A stretch of DNA of 62,756 nucleotides, counting the filler, from Chiloscyllium plagiosum (taxonomy: Eukaryota), in assembly GCF_004010195.1 (NCBI RefSeq). It is 6 parts of one record of this genome, joined end to end, with 100 filler letters (N's around TTAATTAATTAA, not from the genome) between each part and the next. Parts side by side here need not be neighbours in the genome. Positions count along the whole stretch, not along the records: positions 1 to 22,301 come from NC_057714.1; positions 22,402 to 32,143 come from NC_057714.1; 4 more parts are not named here. One strand, given 5' to 3'. Numbering within the stretch: position 1 is the stretch's first letter; each line of letters begins with the position of its first letter. Shown piece by piece: positions 11,651 to 24,870 of the stretch. The notes under the pieces are model-generated. The model ran no database searches, had not been told where the DNA came from, and saw nothing but the letters and a program-made list of their open reading frames with translations. The translations under genes were made by a program, and so were the position numbers.

Positions 11651-12278
11651 AGAGTCATAGAGCTGTACAGCATGAAAATAGACCCTTTGGTCTAACTTGT
11701 CCATGCGGACCAGATATCTTAAATTAATCGTGTCCCACTTGCCAACATTTGGCCCATATCTCTCTAAACCTTTCCTATTCATATACCCATCCAGATGTTT
11801 TTTAAATGTTGTAACTGTACCAGCTTCCCTGCTTCCTCTGGCAGTTCATTCCATACACGCATCACCCTCTGCGTGAAAAAATGGCCCTTTAGATCCCTGT
11901 TAAATCTTTCCCCTCTCACCTTAAATCCATGCCCTCTTGTTTTGGATTCCCCTACTCCAGGGAAAAAGACCTTGGCTATCCACTTTATCATGATTTTATA
12001 AACCTCCATAAGATCACCTCTTAGCCTCAGATGCCCTTTGATCAGATGGGTCAATAGGCCAAGGCAGATGGAGTTTCATTTGGATAAACCTGACCTGTTG
12101 CCTTTTGGAAAGGCAAGTCAGGGTAGGACTTATACACTTAATGGTAAGGTCCTGGGTGTGTTGCTGAACAAAGAGACCTTGAAGTGCAGTTTCATAGTTC
12201 CTTGAAAGTTGATTCCCAGATAGACAGGATAGTGAAGGTGTTTGGTATGCTTGTCTTTATTGGTCAGTGCATTGAGTA
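11651..12278 (-). mobile_element. CR1 insertion with 5' inversion (3' part on - strand to ~12030, upstream part on + strand ~12036-12278)
   Basis: RLRGDLMEVYK...FFTQRV and the tail lie on the - strand. DQMGQ...FGKASQGRTYTLNGK...IE lies on the + strand. Confidence 0.8.
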
Positions 12279-12478
12279 AGAGGCTTGATCTCAATAGGTT
12301 GTATAGCAAATGAACTTCTGTGCTTGTACCAGACCTGTCAAAGCAGAGGGCTTGCTGACTGTACTTCTGTGTGGAATTGAGGTTGGAATCTGGAAGGTAG
12401 CAAACTCAGAGCCATTACTTCAGCTGTAGGCTTTCAGGGCTACAACCTGGGTACAGTTTACTTCTCTGCTTTTCAGGA

Positions 12479-13470
12479 TAAGTTTGCTCGCTGAGCTGGA
12501 AGGTTCATTTTGGGTCCGCTACATGGATGACACCTTTGTCATCACTAAATGAAACAAATTAGAGGAAACCTTCAAGACCATCAATAATATCCTTAGTGGC
12601 ATAAAATTCACAAAAGAGGAGGAAAACAACAACAAATTGCCATTCCTTGATGTCACAGTAGAGTGAACAAACAATGGGGAACTTCAAACCAGTTTCTACA
12701 AGAAAACAACACATATGGACTAAATACTGAACTACAGAAGCAACCATCCCAACACCCACAAACAGAGCTGCATTAGAACATTATATCAATGACAATGCAG
12801 CACTGAGGAGCTATGAAGAGCAATGGAAAATCACCTTTACAGTGTATTAAAAAAAACGGGTATCCAATGAAAACAGTCCTCTGATTTCTCAGCAACAAAC
12901 CCAAACAAGTAGACAAAATGCATCCAGAAACCCAAGCCACTCTCCCCTACATCAAATACATCTCAGAAATGACTGCCAGATGACTCAGACCTCTTGGCAT
13001 CATGGTAGCCCACAAACCCACCAACATACTGAAACAGCAGCTAATTAACTTGAAAGACCCTAATCAGATAACAAGCAAAATGAATGTCATTTACAAAATA
13101 CCTTGCAATAACAGTAACAAACACTATATTGGACAAACAGGTAGAAAATTACCCACCAGGACACATGAACATCAACTAGCCACAAAAAGACATGACCCAC
13201 TAGTATCCTTACGTACAGATGAGGAAGGACACCACTTCAACTGGGACAATACATCCATCCAAGGACAAGCCAAACAGAGACACGCACAAGAATTCCTAGA
13301 AGCATGACATTCCAACCAGAACTCTATCGACCAAACTTAACGATTTCGACCCCATTTACCACCCTCTGAGAAAAGGAATAGGAAACAACATCACCAATGC
13401 AGGAAATGACATCACCAACCCAAGGAACCCGAAACACATAAATAGAAAGTGGGTCACTAACACCAGTGTT
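12479..13470 (+). mobile_element. Penelope-like element, RT C-terminus plus GIY-YIG endonuclease, disrupted
   Basis: WVRYMDDTF, IKFTKEEE, LPFLDV and NHPNTHK, followed by NVIYKIPC...HYIGQTGRKL...HEH. Confidence 0.9.
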
Positions 13471-13663
13471 TCTTCAAACATGCTATTAAGCTTCTTCATT
13501 TTGCTTGGATGTGCTAGCCCCCTTGTGATAGTCTGTACCTGACAAGGCTGAGTTTAGATTCTTTCAATTGTTTCATATTTTGGGTACATTCTGCAGGCAT
13601 CCCATAAAAAATTGGATAAGTATCACTGGATATATTTGACAGTGAGCCAAGAAAGAAACCATG

Positions 13664-14687
13664 TGTTTCAATGAGCCAAGAAAGAAACCAATGGCACATT
13701 GAGGGAATGAATGGACTTTGTTGGCTCCATTAATTAGTACATTCACTGATATAGGTAAACATAGATAACAATTATGCCATACAAACAAGCAATGCCCTGA
13801 CAAGATCCACTAAATCGAATAAAAAAAAAGGTTGTCCAATAGAAGTATCCTCTCCCATGTCAACTTGCTAAGAAAATCTTTAAAGCTGTTCAAGAGGTGA
13901 AATGTCCCCAGTGGCTCATGGGAGACTCTGGCATATAACCGGCCACATTGAATTCAGGAAGGGACTGAACACACCAAGAGACTTTGTCATGATTATACAG
14001 AGTCGAAGTCAAGTCTATGGAGGGAGGGCATAAACCTTCAAACAACAGAGATGAGTTTTCAAACACCATGTGAAAGAGTGTGCATAGTCAGCATTGGACT
14101 TAGTCATTTGGAATGCATCTAATTTGAATAGACTGTTTAGAAAGAAAAGGAGAAAGTGAGTTCTGCATATGCTGGACATTCCTGATGAAGGGCTTATGCC
14201 CAAACTGCTCCTTGGTTGCTGCCTGACTTGCTGTGATTTTCTAGCAACACACGTTTTGACACTGTTTAGAAAGAGAACAAAAGAAACAGACAACTTAATT
14301 TCCTCATTTAATGTTTGTTACTGAGTTGATTCCAAAAAAATTGTGTCAAAATGAAATAGTGAATGCATTGATTTTAATACTTTTCGAATGACTTTTTGAT
14401 ATGTTAGATGACACCGTAAAATGACCGATACCTTTATGTGATGTCAGAGAATGTATATGAAACTTTTTACATGTTGTCAGAAAACTTCAACACTAAGTAA
14501 CATGATGGAGCTGTGCAAAATCTCATTAAATACACTATGTCAAAATATGGTGAATATGAAATATATGTTTCAATGAGCCAAGAAAGAAACCAATGGCACA
14601 TTGAGGGAATGAATGGCCTTTGTTGGCACCATTAATTAGTACATTCACTGATATAGGTAAACATAGATAACAATTATGCCATACAAA
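13664..14687 (+). repeat. 122-bp direct repeat pair (13664-13785 and 14566-14687)
   Basis: Two mismatches by eye, with a 780-bp spacer. Confidence 0.9.
14146..14260 (+). mobile_element. Family A short PLE element with a short inverted segment and 14-bp TSD
   Basis: AGGAGAAAGTGAG..GCTGGA (antisense), then CTGATGA at 14182-14188. ACTGTTTAGAAAGA at 14132-14145 and 14261-14274. Confidence 0.85.
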
Positions 14688-14744
14688 TCTGCATTTGATT
14701 GTGAAATCCAATGCTGCTTTGTCACCTGAGATTGCATTTGAATT

Positions 14745-15390
14745 ATAGAATCACTAGACTGTGGCCATTTGACCCATCGAGTCCATACCAATTCTCTGAA
14801 AAGAGTCTCACCCAGACCCAATCCCATGGCTAATCTGACTAGCCTACACATCCCTGAACACTATGGGAAATTTAATACGGCCAATCCATCTAACTTGAAC
14901 ATAGAGTCATAGAGTCTCACAGCACGGAAACAGACGCTTCAGTCCAACCAGTCCATGCTGACCATAATCCCAAACCAAACAAGTCCCACCTGCATACTCC
15001 TGGCCCATATCCCTCCAAAACTTTCCTATTCATGTACTTATCCAGATGTCTTTTAAACCTTTTAATTATACTGGCATCCACCCCACTTCCTCTGGAAGTT
15101 CATTTCACACACAAACCATCCTCTGTGTTAAAAATTCTCCTCGTATTTTTTAAAAATCTCTTTCCCCTCACCTTAAAAATGTGCCCCCTTGTCTTGAAAT
15201 CCCTCATCCTCAGGAAACGACAACTACTATTAATAGAGTCATACAGCTGTGGGAGGAAACCCGAGATCCTGAAGTAAACTCATGGAAAATGTGTAAACTC
15301 CACATGGACAGTCACCTGAGGATGGAATCAAATCTGGGTCCCTGGTGGTATAAAGCAGCAGTATTAACCACTGAGCCACCGTGCCACCCC
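14745..15390 (-). mobile_element. HE1-like SINE interrupted by a CR1 3' end (~14900-15240)
   Basis: The SINE head TAACCACTGAGCCACCGTGCCACCC lies at the right end and the SINE tail at the left. A CR1 3' UTR/ORF end lies between them. Confidence 0.75.
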
Positions 15391-15799
15391 ACATTTCCAG
15401 CAAAAGCATTGGCAACTATTTAAGTGATAGAACCAATCATCAGGAATCGGAACTTCACAGTAACACTGACTGAAATTGCTTCTAATTTTAATCTCATTCC
15501 AAAGATAGCATCCAGGCAGAAAGGCCACCAGATTTCCTGCCCCTGTATTGTCTCCTCTTAGTGGGTTTCTAGTTAAGCTGCTCTTAAATCTTTAATCTGA
15601 CACTCATTCACTCCTCAATTTTATCCATAACCTGCTTCATCATGCTATGTGTTTTAAAGGCCATAAGGCCATTCTATTGCCTGTCCTTCCGCCAGGAAAG
15701 AGAAAAACATGGTTATGGTGCACCAGTTAAAAGGTTCCAGCCACTTATGGGGCAGTCACTTTTTAGCAAAAGAGCAGAAGAAGCTGCGCAGATTCAGAT

Positions 15800-16016
15800 T
15801 GTCAGCAGTGAGAAAGGCTCCCAAATTTGGGTACTTTCTATGAGGATGCTGATGGCAGAACTGAGTTCCAGTAGGATATTGAGGACATGTTCTTGGGTAG
15901 TGAGCCCTGTGTGAGACAGGTGTAGTGCAAGCAAGGAGCTAATCCTCCACTGTCCAAGATCTCCCACAGAATGCAGTCAAAGTCTCAATGACCTCACAAC
16001 AGTCACCAAGGTTAGT
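15800..16016 (+). pseudogene. Decayed Myb/SANT-like DNA-binding exon (Harbinger/PIF accessory-gene type)
   Basis: RSPTECSQSLNDLTTVTK followed by gttagt. Aligns by eye with RTWLWCCKIFSEPT (23.3 kb) and RNAQQCRKRVND (58.9 kb). Confidence 0.45.
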
Positions 16017-16249
16017 CAAGTATTTGAAGCAAGTGCACATTGTCTGTCACTTTAGCTTCACTGATCTTTTTTGTCTGAACTGCAACATTTCCATACAAAG
16101 AACACTCTCTTTCAAATAGTCAGCATCTTTCTCACTCAATGCCATCCTTTCAGTTCACTGTCCCTGCCACAATAGATTCTGCTATGTTGCAAGGGCAATT
16201 CAAAAGGACAAGAGACTTTAAAACTTCATTAATATGGCAGGCAGTCCAG

Positions 16250-19200
16250 CTAAAGTCTTATACAGCTGCAACATGATTTCCCAACCAGTGAAGGCAAGCA
16301 TGCTGTATGCCTTTTACCACCTTATCTACTTGTATAGCCATTTGCAGGTAGCTATGGACTAGCACTCCAAAATCTCTGTATATCAGCGCTCCTAAGGGTC
16401 CTGCTATTTGACCTTCCAAAATGCATCACTTCCCAGTTGTCCAGATTCAACCCTGTCGTCCATTTCTCCACCCAACTTTCCAACTGACATATATCCAGCT
16501 GTAACCTTTGGCAAACTTCCTCACTATCCTCAACTGCACTGATTTTCATGTCATCTGCAAATTTACTAATCAGACCATCTACATTTTCATCCAGATAATT
16601 TATATATGTATATATTACAAACAACACATGTCCCAGCACTGATCTTTGCCACTGGTCACAGACTTGCAGTCAAAAAACACCCTTCTTCAATTACCCTTTG
16701 TCTTCTATGAACAAATTGATTTTGTATTCAACTTGCCAACTCACCATGGATCCCGTGTGACTTAATCACCTGGACCAGCCTACCATGAGGGACCTTGTCA
16801 AACGCTTGAGAAAAATCGACATGAACAACATCCACTGCCCTACCCTTATTAATCATCTTTGTTATTTCCTCAAAAATGTCAAATCCGTGAGATGAGATTG
16901 CACAAAACCATGCTTTCTATCCCAGTAAGTCCTTCTTTTCCAAATCCTGTCCCTAAGAATCTTCTCCAATGATTTCCCTACCACTGATGTAAGCCTATAA
17001 TTTCTTGGATTATCCCTGTTGCCCTTCTTAAACAAAGGAACAAAATGGCTATTCTCCATTCTTCTAGGAAACCACCTGTGGAGAATGAGGATACAAAATT
17101 CCCTGTCAAAACCACAATAATCTCCCCCTTTGCCTCCTTTGGTATCCTGGGATAGATCCCATCAAGCCTTGTGGACTTATCTACTTTAATATTTTTCAAT
17201 ATACCGTCATTTACATGCCCTGAAATATCAACCCTTTACCCTTACCATCATTCATGTCCTTGTCGTTACTGAATATTGATGCAAAATACTCATTAAGAAA
17301 GACCTCCAAAATTAGTTGTGAATTACAACAGGATCTGGACCAGATGGGCCAATGGGCTGAGAAGTGGCAGATGGAGTTTAATTCAGATAAATGCGAGGTG
17401 CTGCATTTTGGGAAAGCAAATCTTAGCAGGACTTATACACTTAATGGTAAGGTCCTAGGGAGTGTTGCTGAACAAAGAGACCTTGGAGTTCAGGTTCACA
17501 GCTCCTTGAAAATGGAGTCGCAGGTAGATAGGATAGTGAAGGCGGAGTTTGGTATGCTTTCCTTTATTGGTCAGAGTATTGAGTACAGGAGCAGGGAGGT
17601 CATGTTGCAGCTGTACAGGACATTGGTTAGGCCACTGTTGGAATAATGCGTACAATTCTGGTCTCCTTCCTATCAGAAAAATGTTGTGAAACTTGAAAGG
17701 GTTCAGAAAAGGTTTACAAGGATGTTGCCAGGATTGGAGGATCTGAGCTATAGGGAGAGGCTGAACAGGCTGGGGCTGTTTTCCCTGGAGCGTCGGAGGC
17801 TGAGGGGAGACCTTATAGAGGTTTACAAAATTATGAGGGGCATGGATAGGATAAATAGACAAAGTCTTTTCCCTGGGGTCGGGGAGTCCAGAACTAGAGG
17901 GCATAAGTTTAGGGTGAGGGGGGAAAGATATAAAAGAGACCTAAGGGGCAACCTTTTCACGCAGAGGGTGGTACGTGTATGGAATGAGCTGCCAGAAGGA
18001 TGTGGTGGAGGCTGGTACAATTGCAACATTTAAGAGGCATTTGGATGGATATATGAACTGGAAGGGTCTGGAGGGATATGGGCCGGGTGCTGGCAGGTGG
18101 GACTAGATTGGGTTGGGATATCTGGTCGGCATGAATGGGTTGGACCGAAGGGTCTGTTTCTATGCTGTACATCTCTATGACTCTAAGACCTCTCCCACTT
18201 TTTCTGGCTCCGCACAAAAATTCCCTCCTTTGTCCTTGATTGCAACTACCTATTCGCTAGCTACTCTCTTGCTCCTGGTATAAATGTGTTGGGATTCTCC
18301 TCAATTCTACAAGGACATTTGATGGCCCCTATTAGCCCTCTTCATTCCTTGTTTGGTCTTGATGGTATTACTGATCCTATCTCTCCACATATATCAGTCC
18401 CGCCATCTCAGGAATCAGTTTGATAAACTGATTCCTGAGATGGAATTCACAAAATTATACTCCCTCAATTCCCAGCATTTCCTTCCTCAGATACGGAGAC
18501 CAAGAATCTAGTTGAATACAATACTCCACTTGTACTTAACAATGTCCTGCGTTGTTGCCTGCTCTTCTGCTAAAGACCTCTTGCTATAAGGCCAACATAC
18601 AATTTGCCTTTTTCCTCGCCTGCTGCACTTTCAACATCAGCTTCACAAGGATATTCAAGTTTTTTTTGCACCAATACCTTTCTCAGTTCATTACCAAAAG
18701 TGGATAACCTCACATTTATTCACGTTTTACAACAATTGCCATGTATTTGCCCATTTCCTTACCTTGTCCAAATTGAAATGAACCATCTTTGCATCCTCCT
18801 CAAAGCATACCTCGCATACCACCCTTGTGTCTTCTGAAATCCTGGAGATATCTTATTTAGTTCCCTCGCCAAATCATTAGAATATAATGTTAATAGCTGG
18901 GATCCCACCAGTCACTGCCTGCTGAAAAAGATCTGTTTATTCCTACCCTTTATTTATCCATTTTAGTATACAACCTTCAACTCAGGCACTTTAATTTTGA
19001 ATGCTAATCTCTTAGTGGGAACTTATGAAAGCCTTCTGAAAGTCTAGGTAAATCACATTCCATTGGGTCCACTTATCCATTCTACTAGCTGCATTCGCAA
19101 AAACCGCCAGCCGCTTAGTCGAGCTTACATTCCTTCATAAATTCATGCTGCTTCTGTCTGACGCTGTCACCATTTCTGCTACTGCTGCTACAGCTTTTAT
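16250..19200 (-). mobile_element. Old CR1 RT/ORF2 fragments, host to the younger + strand CR1
   Basis: ISKFADDMKI, VPLFKKGNRDNPRNYR and KSTRLDGIYPR on the - strand, with further decayed CR1 sequence at 18186-19200. Confidence 0.7.
17318..18185 (+). mobile_element. Younger CR1 (HER1-like) 3' portion
   Basis: LQQDLDQMGQWAEKWQMEFN...LERVQKRFTRMLPGLE...RRLRGDLIEVYK, ending in tail CATCTCTATGACTCTA. Confidence 0.93.
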
Positions 19201-21439
19201 AAGGGCATTAATAGCTAATGTTTCCAGCAGAATATCAGGACATCTTTATAGTAATTTAGATGCTTTGTTCTAAAGGTACAGTTATTCAACCAAGTCAGTT
19301 AGCGAACTAAAACTTCACATAATACATGATTCTTGTTTAAATATAAAGTGCCTTTTGGAATTCAAGCTGCAAATTTCAAACTTTTTGCTTACTTCCTTGA
19401 AGCAGATAGACAGAACTTGAATTGCATGAAGTGTAATTATGCAAAAACACAATTGCTTAACCCAGTCCCTCTGGTATGTTTAATTGTATTAAGCCAGCAA
19501 GACCAGTTCCTCACGAACAGTTATCCTGTTAATTGTCTCACTACTAGAAATTCAAATTGAATCATTTAAAAAAACATTAAGCAAATTCATAAAATGTTAC
19601 TTCAAACCAATAAAATTAAAACAAATGTTGCATCATACCCTGAAAATTGGCAGCATTATCAAAATCTTACAGTCCCAACCAGGAGAAAGAAAATGTACTG
19701 ACACTGATTCCTCTCATTACCCAAAAATAATCTCAATTTATTTCTGTAAAATTCTGATGTTTAAGGGCCTCATCAAGAGGAGCAGTCAAAAGTATCTGCT
19801 ATCAAAGAGAGCTATCAAGCCATTTAAAAGCTCCTGCCCTTCAAAACTTTGGAAGAATATGTTGGAGTGTTAAAACAAATACTTGCTTGCCCAATCTATG
19901 GACTTTACAGCTTCCAATATTGGAATACCTCTGTATTCACAACCATCTATTATTACATGAGGGTATCTACCATTTCACAGTTGGATTGGCAGTTACAAGT
20001 AGTTATATAGAGTCTTTCTGGGGCTGGGAATTACAAGGGATATAGCACTTGGTTGAAATATTTGTTGCTGTAAGCATTTAGTTGAACAAATATAAATATA
20101 AGAAATGGGCCTTTATTAAGAAGAGTTTCTTTTTTCAATATAGTAAAGTCTGCAGTAGATACTTTTCTAGAGGTTTTCCCACATGAGAGGCAGTGGGAAA
20201 GCTGATGGGATGGGTAGGTTGGTGCCAGAAAGATCTTCAACCCTTTCTTACCACCTCAGAAATTCAGTTCTGGGCAGGAAGAGATGTGATCAACCTTCTC
20301 TTGCCCCAGCCATTCACTTAATGACAATTTAAAGGCCTCATCTTGTTAGTCCTACAATTACTTTGGTTCTCTGCAGAATGAGATAAAGTTAGCCTAACCA
20401 ACTGCAAACCAATGAGGGTAGGCTATCAGTTTGGGCCGAGCATCCTGCAACCTGAACTAATTTGTATCAAGGGATTTATCCTTCTTTCCATCTTTATTCT
20501 TCTTCTTTCTTCTTCGTTATTATTATTATTCTTTATTATTCTTCTTTCCATCTGTCTGTAACCCGAAGCCTGAAGCATCTCACCACATTAAACAACACCT
20601 ACCTTTCTTAGCATTGATCCCACAACCGGGAGTCTGGGATGATGGTAGCCCATCAGTTGTAATGGCCTCCATAGTGATGCTGCCAAGTTTTGGAGATGCT
20701 CATCTCTGAATTGCAGTCAATCAGCTAATTGACGCAAGGTCTGGTGAGCTTTCCTCCATAAAGCTTTCCCACTTTTAGACAATGCAAATTAGAAATATTC
20801 CACCTTTAATATTTTATTCCAGAGAACTTGATTTTGTTTCATCTGAGGCCTGTCCATAGGTGAATTAGCATGTTGGATGAAAAGACAAAGAATGGTAGGT
20901 GGTGAACATGGGTTGACATTCATTGGTACTAAGTTGGTACAGGGGCAATAAATTGCCATGAGGTGAGAAGAGGGACATAAACTGGCACGGAGAGTATGAG
21001 TGGCCATAGTTTGTGAGGGGCATAACTTGGCAGATGGTCATTAGTAGCCATGTGGGAGCTGAAGGCCTGTTTCTGTGCTGTCCTTCTTTTTTGTTCTTTG
21101 TTCTATCTGGGTAATTTAGGGTGCATAGCCTGGCAGAGAATTGTGGAGGGCAATGGAGATTGGTTAAGAGAGCCTGAGGTGGCATGGATGGGGCCATGGG
21201 TGATTGGTGGAGGATGTTCCATGTTCTATTTTTTAGTTTAATGTAAATAAAGGGCATGGAATGTACAAAAGTGCTCAATGATACAGGTTCCTTCTAAGTT
21301 CCTGAATGAGGAAGAGGACAGAATCACAGAATTGTTATGGCTCAGAAGGTGGGTATTGAGCGTCTGTGCCTGCACTGGCTAATGAAGTGAACACCATTGC
21401 CAAGTGCCAAACTTGTACAAAGCTCAACTATAGGCTTGT

Positions 21440-21900
21440 GTGACACCTCCCACATGTCAAGGTGCACCTCCACAAATGTCATCTACTGTGTCCGGTGCTC
21501 TTGATGTGGTCTCCTCTACATTGGGGAGACAGGACGCTAACTTGCGGAATGTTTCAAAGAACATCTCTAGGACACACACACTAAACAACCCCACCAGCCC
21601 ATGGCCGACCACTTCAACTCCCCCTCCCACTCGGCCAAGGACATGCAAGTCCTGGGCCTCCTCCCCCACCAAATCCTAGCAACCCAACACCTGGAGGAAG
21701 AATGCCTCATCTTCCACCTTGGGACCCTCCAACCACATGGGAACAATATTGATTTCATCAGTATCCTCATCTACCCTCCCCTAAACCTATTCCAGATCCA
21801 ACCCTCCAACTTGGCACTGCCCTCTTGAACAGCCCTACCTGTCCATCTTCCTTCCCACTTATCTGCTCCACCCTCCGCTCCAACCTAATCCCCAGTACCT
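21440..21900 (+). mobile_element. PLE GIY-YIG domain fragment and start of terminal repeat
   Basis: STNVIYCVRC..CGLLYIGETGR..F.EHL...HFNSPSHS..DMQVLGL...LEEECLIFHLGTLQPHG. Confidence 0.88.
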
Positions 21901-22301
21901 GATCAGGTGTACCTGAGAACGCTGTGGGAAGCTTGAGAAGTGATTGCTGGGCCTCTTGCTGAGATATTTGTATCATCGACAGTCACAGGTGAGGTGCCAG
22001 AAGACTGGAGGTTGGCAAACGTGGTGCCACTGTTTAAGAAGGGCGGTAAAGACAAGTCAGGGAACTATAAACTGATGAGTCTGGGCAAGTTGTTGGAGGG
22101 AATCCTGCGGGACAGGATGTACATGTATTTGGAAAGGCAAGGACTGATTAGGGATAGTCAACATGGCTTTGTGCGTGGGATATCATGTCTCACAAACTTG
22201 ATTGAGGTTTTTGAAGAAGTAACAAAGAAGACTGATGAGGGCAGAGCAGTAGATGTGATCTATATGGACTTCAGTAAGGTGTTCGACAAGGCTCCCCATG
22301 G
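21901..22301 (+). mobile_element. CR1 ORF2 RT fragment running into a gap
   Basis: VPEDWRLANVVPLFKKG, QHGF, SCLTNL and DVIYMDFSKVFDK. Confidence 0.9.
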
Positions 22302-22401
22302 NNNNNNNNNNNNNNNNNNNNNNNNNNNNNNNNNNNNNNNNNNNNTTAATTAATTAANNNNNNNNNNNNNNNNNNNNNNNNNNNNNNNNNNNNNNNNNNN
22401 N
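22302..22401. other. Assembly gap with artificial linker (44N-TTAATTAATTAA-44N)
   Basis: The same 100-bp structure recurs at 32144-32243, 43095-43194, 48703-48802 and 57268-57367. A plain 90-N gap lies at 50130-50219. Confidence 0.97.
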
Positions 22402-22843
22402 AGGAATGGCTGAGGATCCTGGGATTGTACTCATTGGAGTTTAGAAGATTAAGGGGAGATCTAATAGAAACTTACAAGATAATACATGTTTTGGAGAGGG
22501 TGGACGCTAGGAAATTGTTTCCATTAGGCGAGGAGACTAGGACCCGTGGACACAGCCTTAGAATTAGAGGGGATAAATTCAGAACAGAAATGCGGAGACA
22601 TTTCTTCAGCCAGAGAGTGGTGGGCCTGTGGAATTCATTGCCACAGAGAGCAGTGGAGGCTGGGACGCTAAATGTCTTTAAGGCAGAAATTGATAAATTC
22701 TTCATGTCACAAGGAATTAAGGGCTACGGGGAGAATGCGGGTAAGTGGAGTTGAAATGCCCATCAGCCATGATTGAATAGCGGAGTGGACTCGATGGGCC
22801 GAATGGCCTTGCTTCTGCTCCTATGTCTTGTGGTCTTATGGTC
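22402..22843 (+). mobile_element. CR1 3' end, second subfamily
   Basis: YSLEFRRLRGDLIETYKI...RTRGHSLRIRG...FFSQRVV, ending in tail TATGTCTTGTGGTCTTATGGTCT. Confidence 0.9.
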
Positions 22844-23091
22844 TTAACAGTCTTACTTTTTTCTCTGGTCTTTGTTTTCAGCTCTGTAGCTCTGGTATTA
22901 ATTCTACTGAAGCTGGTAAAAACAGTTTTTCTTTCTGGATTATATCAGGAACGAATGCTTATTCCTGTGGACTGGATTTCCTGTACTTGTGGAAGGTATT
23001 GTAATTGTTTGTACATCAAACATCAGCTGAATCACTTGATAAAGTGTGCTTTGCTGCTGGATGTGCATTTAAAGGCAACATTCTAAAATTG

Positions 23092-23600
23092 ATGGTGCAG
23101 ATAGTGGGCTGCTAGATTTTATGATGCAGATTTTGTAGCCTGGTGCAGGAGGTAAGCAGAAGGAGAAAAGGCCTTTTTCTACAATAAACTAGGACGCCTG
23201 CAGCCTGACTCTTTGAGCAGAATAAGTGCTGATAGTCACGAAGGTCATTGCGAATAATGTTGCTTCAAGGACCTGGTTATGGTGCTGCAAAATATTTAGT
23301 GAGCCTACATGAGTGTTCAAGGTCAGTGAATCCAACTGCAATTGTCATATCCTTACAACTGATCCACAAGGCTCACACACTGTGTAATTCACCGAGCTTC
23401 TTTCACTCACCTACTAACATTCACTAAAAAAAGTCATTCTTAACAGTACAAGTTTTACACAGTTAACACAGCTCACAGCCACATCTCACAATATTCAACC
23501 ATGACAGCTATATCACTCAAACATAGTCTGGGATACACTTCCATCTCACTTGCAGGACAAAGTGCTGTACAATTTGGAAAACCAACTGCTAACCAGCGGG
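23092..23600 (+). pseudogene. Decayed Myb/SANT-like gene with putative intron (Harbinger/PIF accessory-gene type)
   Basis: ARFYDADF..VQEVSRRRKGLF...RTWLWCCKIFSEPT*VFK, then gtcagt...ttgcag, then DKVLYN. Contains stops and frameshifts. Confidence 0.55.
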
Positions 23601-24557
23601 GATATTTTCCAAAATAATGAATCTGTAAGGATTAATGCTGCAGACTGCATTAAGCATCAGTCAATCTGATGATGCCAAATGAAATGCAGAACATATTAGG
23701 ATATCAAAGAAGACCAGATCTTCTATGTCTCATTCTCTTCTTGTTAGTTGCTGATTTACTAAAATAACTTGCTATCCTGCAATAAGCTACATTTGTTGAA
23801 GGCTCACTGAGACTGTTAAGGCTCCTCTTTCACTAGAAGCCAAGTCAGACCTTCGACCCAATCAAGGAAAGGATGGTGGCAGTAAGCAATCCCAATCACA
23901 AGCTGACAGTGGTTCACATTGGAACAGATTAGAATTCAATGTAACTGTGCAATATAGACATTGCTTAGTATCACAATGTAACAACAGTGAGAATTCCAGT
24001 GGACCCGGGTCAAGTACTGGACACTGACAGCATTAAAGCCTTTATGGTTTTACAAATACTCATTCAAACAGCCAAACAGCTTGTAGAGAAACTTGTGTAA
24101 AAGTCACCAAAGGAGGAACAGCACTTCATGGTAAAGCCTTTTTCTGCAGCTTGGGTAAGGAAAGTGTAGAAGCAAGTGTGAGTCTAAAGTTATTGATACC
24201 TGGATGTTCGAGATTCCATCAGAACATGAGGATGTTTAGCAGCTGTCTTTTTTAGAAGATTGGCTAGGAAACAAGTCAGCATAAATAAAGTTGGGCAAGG
24301 TTAAATCTTGAAATGAAAATGTAGAATGAACTGAAAAGGCAAGCAGATAAAAAGGAGTAGTTATTGCTTATGATGAGCATTGCTGCCATAACAAATGAAC
24401 ACCTCGAGTCACAGCTACAGAAAAAGAAACTGAGAGCCGTAGAAGTAATTTTAAATCAAGTTTACAACATTAGTAATGGAGCAAAGACATAACTAAGGTG
24501 GAAATTGTAAAGTCTAAACAGAAAAGGTCTACCAGACAAGGGTAATAAGGATACTAA

Positions 24558-24750
24558 AAGCAAAATACTATGTGTGCCAGAGAACTGAAATAAAAACAGT
24601 AAGTGTTGGAGGCAGTCAGCAGGTTGAGAAGCATCTGTGGAGATATTTGAAGGCTGTGAAGAAGTCTTATCAGACCTGAAATTTAACTCTGTTTCTTTCT
24701 TCACAGATGTTGTCAGGTCTGCTAAGTTTCTCCAGCACTGTCTGTTTTCA
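24558..24750. mobile_element. Degenerate palindromic PLE family B terminal-repeat pair
   Basis: Left arm AACAGTAAGTGTTGGAGG..AGCATCTGTGGAGA is an imperfect reverse complement of right arm TTCACAGATGTTG..CTCCAGCACTGTCTGTTTT. Confidence 0.55.
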
Positions 24751-24870
24751 TAATGGTAGGGTGACTATTGAGGCTGTGGCAGATTTATAATTTAAATTGT
24801 GGTTCAGGAAGGAAGGATTTTAAAAAGGCTGCGGCACCAGTCTTTACTTTGAAAGTCAGAGAAAACAATA

